Source of the DNA: Candidatus Gottesmanbacteria bacterium
GTDB taxonomy: Bacteria; Patescibacteriota; Microgenomatia; UBA10105; UBA927
Direction of reading: 5' to 3'
Assembly (NCBI GenBank): GCA_963711735.1
Contig: CAVQFA010000005.1
Location: 199,525 to 263,524, forward strand
DNA length: 64,000 nucleotides
Made by a program: the position numbers and the translations under genes. The notes beneath the pieces were generated by a model. It was not told the origin of the DNA. It ran no database searches and was given only the letters and a program-made list of their open reading frames with translations. The stretch's first letter is position 1, and every line of letters starts with the position of its first letter. Shown in pieces: positions 58,297-64,000 of the stretch.

Positions 58297-58309
58297 CGCT
58301 CTTTAACAA
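58297..58309 (+). promoter_or_regulatory. boxA-like antitermination element in the 16S leader.
   Basis: CGCTCTTTAACAA vs the E. coli boxA TGCTCTTTAACAA. Confidence 0.5.
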
Positions 58310-58347
58310 TCGAATGGTGATAGGATAATGAACGGATTTATCCGTTC

Positions 58348-59921
<1,574 letters not shown>

Positions 59922-60023
59922 TAATATAAAATTGTCAGTGATCACGAACTTCGATTGTATCGAAGGGTCGTTGACAGTTTTTCTCTCACAATGTTCCTAT
60001 CACCATCCGGTTGTTAAACAAAT

Positions 60024-60049
60024 TAATCCTCCTTTACGGAGGATTTTTT
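60024..60049 (+). terminator. Rho-independent terminator ~100 nt after the 16S 3' end.
   Basis: AATCCTCC-TTTAC-GGAGGATT followed by TTTTTG. Confidence 0.6.
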
Positions 60050-60243
60050 GTATCTTGTTTAATTCAGAATTACATTAAAATATTTCGTAACATATAGACT
60101 GTCAGAATGCTACGGATGCGTATAATATGATATGCATTTATACTATTAGTAATTGAGGCATGAGAATATACATGTTAAAATCGTTTCGTAGTGACGTTGC
60201 GATAAGGTGGCACAATTGATAATTTCAACCTGAATATGCATTT

Positions 60244-60273
60244 GGCGCGGTGGCGAAGTGGTAACGCGGGTGT
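60244..60273 (+). other. 30-nt partial duplicate of the tRNA-Cys 5' half (acceptor 5' strand + D-arm + anticodon-stem 5' strand).
   Basis: GGCGCGGTGGCGAAGTGGTAACGCGGGTGT vs tRNA-Cys GGCGCAATGGCGAAGTGGAAACGCGGGTGT (3 differences), then diverges. Confidence 0.5.
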
Positions 60274-60348
60274 TAGTCCCAGCACAATCATTCCAAATCT
60301 GAGAAGATTTTGGGAATAGATTTGCGGGATCCCGTATTTGCTAAATTC

Positions 60349-60419
60349 GGCGCAATGGCGAAGTGGAAACGCGGGTGTCTGCAAAACACCTATGCGAGGG
60401 TTCGATTCCCTCCGCGCCT
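60349..60419 (+). tRNA. trnC: tRNA-Cys (anticodon GCA), U73 discriminator; its own 5' acceptor strand pairs poorly with the 3' strand.
   Basis: GGTGT-CTGCAAA-ACACC anticodon arm, GAGGG-TTCGATT-CCCTC T-arm, 3' CCGCGCC-T. 5' GGCGCAA gives only 5/7 acceptor pairs, whereas the upstream partial copy GGCGCGG gives 7/7. Confidence 0.65.
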
Positions 60420-60667
60420 CAACTAAGCAAATACGGGACAAAAACAGCTACCCGCCTCGACTCGCAGAGACAGAGTCGATGCGAGGCGAGTGCAGCGGTT
60501 CGACCTGCCCCGCTGTAGTCCCGAGCTTATCGAAGGATGAAGGAGGGTTCAGGCACACGTAACAATTGTGATAAAATTAACAATCCGAGAGGGTTTACCC
60601 TGTAAATTTCAACGAGTCACGAAGTGACTCGCAAAGAAATATACAAGGTAAATTTTTGAAATTTACA

Positions 60668-60739
60668 GGGTGACTAGTTCATCGGTAGAACGCTTTCCTG
60701 ATAAGAAAGAGGCGCATGGTCCGACTCCATGGTCACCCA
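60668..60739 (+). tRNA. trnI: tRNA-Ile (anticodon GAT).
   Basis: GGGTGAC TA GTTC ATCGGTA GAAC G CTTTC CTGATAA GAAAG AGGCG CATGG TCCGACT CCATG GTCACCC A. Confidence 0.85.
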
Positions 60740-60786
60740 CTGCACAATTTCTTGAGTCACGGAGTTTGGATCGTATAATCGGGCTT

Positions 60787-61065
60787 ATGGATGATCCTAT
60801 ACAATTGAAAACAATAAATATCGGTCAAATTCCTTCGTATGAAATTGGATTGGTATCAGAGGCTGCACATGCTCTTGGTTTTCGTGTAAAAGGTACCTAC
60901 GGAACAGGGACATACTACAATGTTACCCCGACAAACAAGGAAATAACTGTCAGTGGCGGAAATTACGGGATCCTACTATCATATCCCGAAGATAAGGATG
61001 CTGGAAAATTTTGGGATAAATTTTTTGAACTTAAAGGTTCAAAAGGCCAAGTTCTCCTAACGTAG
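60787..61065 (+). CDS. Hypothetical 92-aa protein encoded between tRNA-Ile and its 3' direct repeat.
   Basis: The tracked ORF 60670..61065 begins inside the tRNA; first plausible ATG is 60787. No motif. Confidence 0.3.
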   Translation: MDDPIQLKTINIGQIPSYEIGLVSEAAHALGFRVKGTYGTGTYYNVTPTNKEITVSGGNYGILLSYPEDKDAGKFWDKFFELKGSKGQVLLT

Positions 61066-61183
61066 AAGCGGAATAATAAGTCATCCCTGATATTAATAGC
61101 AACTTTTGACCCCTTTCAATTCTATTTCCTCGATGGTACATTCAGAAGAATATAAAAAATAGTGAAGTTTGGGGCGTTATAAC

Positions 61184-61248
61184 AGTTCATCGGTAGAACG
61201 CTTTCCTGATAAGAAAGAGGCGCATGGTCCGACTCCATGGTCACCCAC
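61184..61248 (+). repeat. 65-nt exact direct repeat of tRNA-Ile positions ~9-76 (3' two-thirds, lacking the 5' acceptor strand); att-site-like.
   Basis: AGTTCATCGGTAGAACGCTTTCCTGATAAGAAAGAGGCGCATGGTCCGACTCCATGGTCACCCAC occurs at 60676-60740 and 61184-61248. Confidence 0.7.
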
Positions 61249-61272
61249 AAAGAGATATTCTACGAGACTTTT

Positions 61273-64000
61273 TTATATATTTTCTTCGCCTTTAAACCAT
61301 TCATAATAAACCGCAGGAATGAAAAGGAGCATAATTGTTGAAGCAATAAGAATTCCTGAAATTATTGCTCCTCCCAGTCCTCTCCATAGAGGATCAGCAA
61401 GAGTAATCGGTAATAGTCCTAGAACCGTACAGAGTTTTGTCAGAATGATGGGTTCAAGTCTGGATGCACCCGCGTCAGCAATAGCTTCTTTAAATCCCAT
61501 GCCCTCTTTTCTGTTGCGATTGATTTTATCAACGATAAACATGGAGTTTGTCACGACGATTCCGAAAAGAGACAGAATTCCGATAAGTGCCGGGAAAGAA
61601 AGCGGTGTTTGTGTAATGGCAAATATTACAAATACGGAGGATACAGCAAGCGGAATTACGAGTAACACGATAAATGCTTGTCGGTAAGACTGGAACTGAA
61701 CTACCATAGTGACCAATATGAGAATAAAGGCAAGAATCATTGCCTGTATTATGGATTGAACACTTTTTTTGTTTTCGTCGTTAATCCCTCCTGTTTTCCA
61801 CCCGTATCCTTCAGGAAGTTTCAGTGAATCTGCGAACGCTTCCAGTTGCTTGTTTATTTCAGTTGCGTTGTATCCGTTTTTAACAGACGCGGATACGGTC
61901 AAAGTCCGTTTGCCTCCTTCCCGTGTTATCGTTGTAGGATTGACCTGCGGGATAAAAGTCCCGAGAGAAACTAAAGGAACATAAGTACCTTGTGATGTAG
62001 GTATGAGTATCGATCCGAGCATTTCCGGGGTTTCTGTAAGTTTTCCGTATGTGAGTACAATATTTTCTTTGTCTTTAGCGCTTTTATCAAATTTGACATC
62101 TGCAAGAGTAAATCCACTTACAAATGTTCTCAGAGTGAGTCCGATCGTATCCATTGATACACCGTTTGCTGCTATTTTTTGCCGATCCGGCAGAAAAACG
62201 ATTTTACTCGTTCCTGGTTTTACACTTTTATCTATATTCGTTACTCCCGGTATTCCGGAAAGGTACGTTTGAATTTTATCCGCATATGTATCCAAAAAAC
62301 CCAAATCGTCACCCGAGAGTTTAATTGCTAAATCGGAGCCTGCCGGCGGCCCGGATGTAATTTCTGTTACGGACACTTTACCAGTTTCATACGTCTTAAA
62401 TGCATTCCGTACGGATTCTGCAATTTGTGAAGAAGGGGTCTTGCGCTTGTTTTTCCCAACAAGGTGGATAGTAGCAAGCGCCGTATTTGGTGTATCCACA
62501 GAACTTCCGAATGTTGACAGGGATGAACCGATATCGATGACTGTAAACAATGATTCGGGAGTCTTTCGTAATTTTTCGATCAGATTCAATCCGTCCGCGG
62601 TAACTGTATTGGTATTTGTACCCGGCGGAAGCTCAAGGGAAACATAGATTCTGTCTCCGTCTGTTTTTGGAAAAAATTCATTTTTGACAAATCCCATGGG
62701 AAGAAGGGCAAATGCCCAGAGAGCGTAGAGAATGATTCCGATGATAACTTTTTTACGTGCCTTGGGTGAATTAAGTATGTTTGTTATGAGCCAATAATAT
62801 TTGGAACTGACGAGTTCCAGATTAATAATTCCGTGATCAAAGTACCCATAAATTGTTTCGAAAACCGATTGAATTCCGTTTGATGACCGCAAAAACGTAA
62901 GTATGCGTTTTTTTATAGTAGGAAAGATTATATATATAACAAAGATAAGCAGGATATAAAGAACGGCGATCATCGGGAAGAGCGGATTTGACCGAAAAAC
63001 GAGTGTGAGTACGCTGAAAGAAAGTACTAGAAGTATAAACCTGAGAAGTACGGAAACCCGGTGTGCAATTGCAGGTTTCAGAAGTATGATGCATACTTGG
63101 CAGTGTAATCAGTACGGCAATTGCAGTGGATGATAGCATGGTTACAGTGACGACGACGGGTATGGGTTTTATAAATTCACCGATGATACCGGTTGAAAGA
63201 AGTAAAGGTACGAAAGACCAAATCGTCGTAATTGTCGTTGACCAGATTGGGACAATAAGGTCACGCCATACGACAAGTCCGGTTTGCGTCGGCGTAAACT
63301 TGCCGGTTCGATAATAGCTCGTCATAGCCTGCACGGTAACGATCGTATCATCAATCAGAAGTCCGAGCGCAATAAGAAACGCGAATAACGAAAGGAAATT
63401 AATAGACATTCCTGTATAACGCATAAAGAAAAAAGCTGAAAGGAACGTAAGTGGAACCGTAAGTGACGAAATAAGTGCCTGTCTCAGTCCCAAAAAAACG
63501 AATAAACATGCCATGACAAGAAGTATGGTGGAACGGAACTCTCCTACAAGTTCATTAAATTGATCTGTTATGTCTTCGGCGGCGTTGACAATTGTATCAA
63601 TTGAATATTCATCACCATACAAATGTATAAGTTTATAAACGATACGTTTCACGTCAGTATCGACTACATCAAAATTCACGTTTGTGTTTTTGTATACGCT
63701 CATAGTGACTGTTCGTTGCGGTTTTGTTTCTCTGTCAGCGTAATACGACGGAAGGATGTTCTCGTTTGAAATTTCCATAATTGTACTGATATCACCGAGT
63801 TTGACGGGAGTTCCGGAGACTGAAATACGGGTATTACGGAGATCTTCGAGTGTTGTTATCGTAGGATCGATTGTCAGTGAAAAGGAATTTATAGAGGTAT
63901 TTACTGATCCGGCTGGGTAGGAAGCAATTGCTGTTTTTACGGCTTGGCTGACCGCAATGGGATTTATGCCGAAATCACGCATTTTTTCAGGGGATAGCGT
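61273..64000 (-). CDS. RND-superfamily (AcrB-like) efflux transporter; start beyond window end, interrupted by an apparent 1-nt frameshift near 63091-63097.
   Basis: Two overlapping minus-strand ORFs (62837..63982 and 61273..62973) in different frames. Hand translation shows ...IAVLITLPS then, after a +1 shift, CIILLKPAIAH... (cf. AcrB LTPALCATMLKP). TM block LGLLIDDTIVTVQ. Confidence 0.7.

Noticed and set aside
60274-60378. Possibility that the 105 nt between the partial and full tRNA-Cys copies is a tRNA intron.
   Set aside because: The implied insertion point (between anticodon-stem 5' strand and loop) is not a known intron site. The 'intron' would contain a duplicate of the 5' exon, and it is far shorter than group I introns. 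A partial tandem duplication is the simpler reading.
60670-60786. N-terminal 39 codons of tracked ORF 60670..61065.
   Set aside because: They are translated from the tRNA-Ile gene body. The ORF was trimmed to the first ATG after the tRNA.

Overview
The window reads as a low-GC bacterial chromosome with many lineage-specific hypothetical proteins. Its tRNAs have non-canonical T-loops and its 16S rRNA gene is not followed by a 23S gene. This is compatible with a small-genome, CPR/Patescibacteria-like organism, but that is an inference only.

The first 9.5 kb is a single frame-1 ORF, 5'-truncated by the window edge. It encodes a giant collagen-like Gly-X-Y protein with near-identical nucleotide-level tandem repeats, two copies of a phage-tail-fibre-like beta domain, and a C-terminal SH3b-like domain.

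Next comes a sugar-phosphate block: rpiB, rpe, a fused tkt, an archaeal-type PPAT-DUF359 fusion, and galT. It is followed by the classic secE-nusG-rplK-rplA-rplJ-rplL cluster on the minus strand, with an attenuator-like hairpin in the L10 leader and a small Cys-rich peptide gene on the opposite strand.

Further features: galU; an adjacent cohesin-like / dockerin-like surface-protein gene pair; and tRNA-Trp, Thr(GGT), Tyr and Thr(TGT). There is an rpmG gene missing from the ORF track, a def-fmt pair, and an O-antigen-ligase/TPR membrane protein. A lytic transglycosylase is followed by a six-gene island of unannotatable proteins. Also present: mreB-PAP2-PBP2, two GT2 glycosyltransferases, dprA-topA, a PAP2/SpoU/PAP2 cluster, and a 16S rRNA gene with its own promoter, boxA and terminator and no 23S downstream. 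Downstream are a tRNA-Cys with an odd upstream partial duplicate, and a tRNA-Ile whose 3' 65 nt are directly repeated ~500 bp away, flanking a small ORF. Last is an RND transporter gene with an apparent 1-nt frameshift.

No CRISPR array, transposase or integrase was seen. Everything here is from reading the sequence and recalled family signatures; no database search was run.
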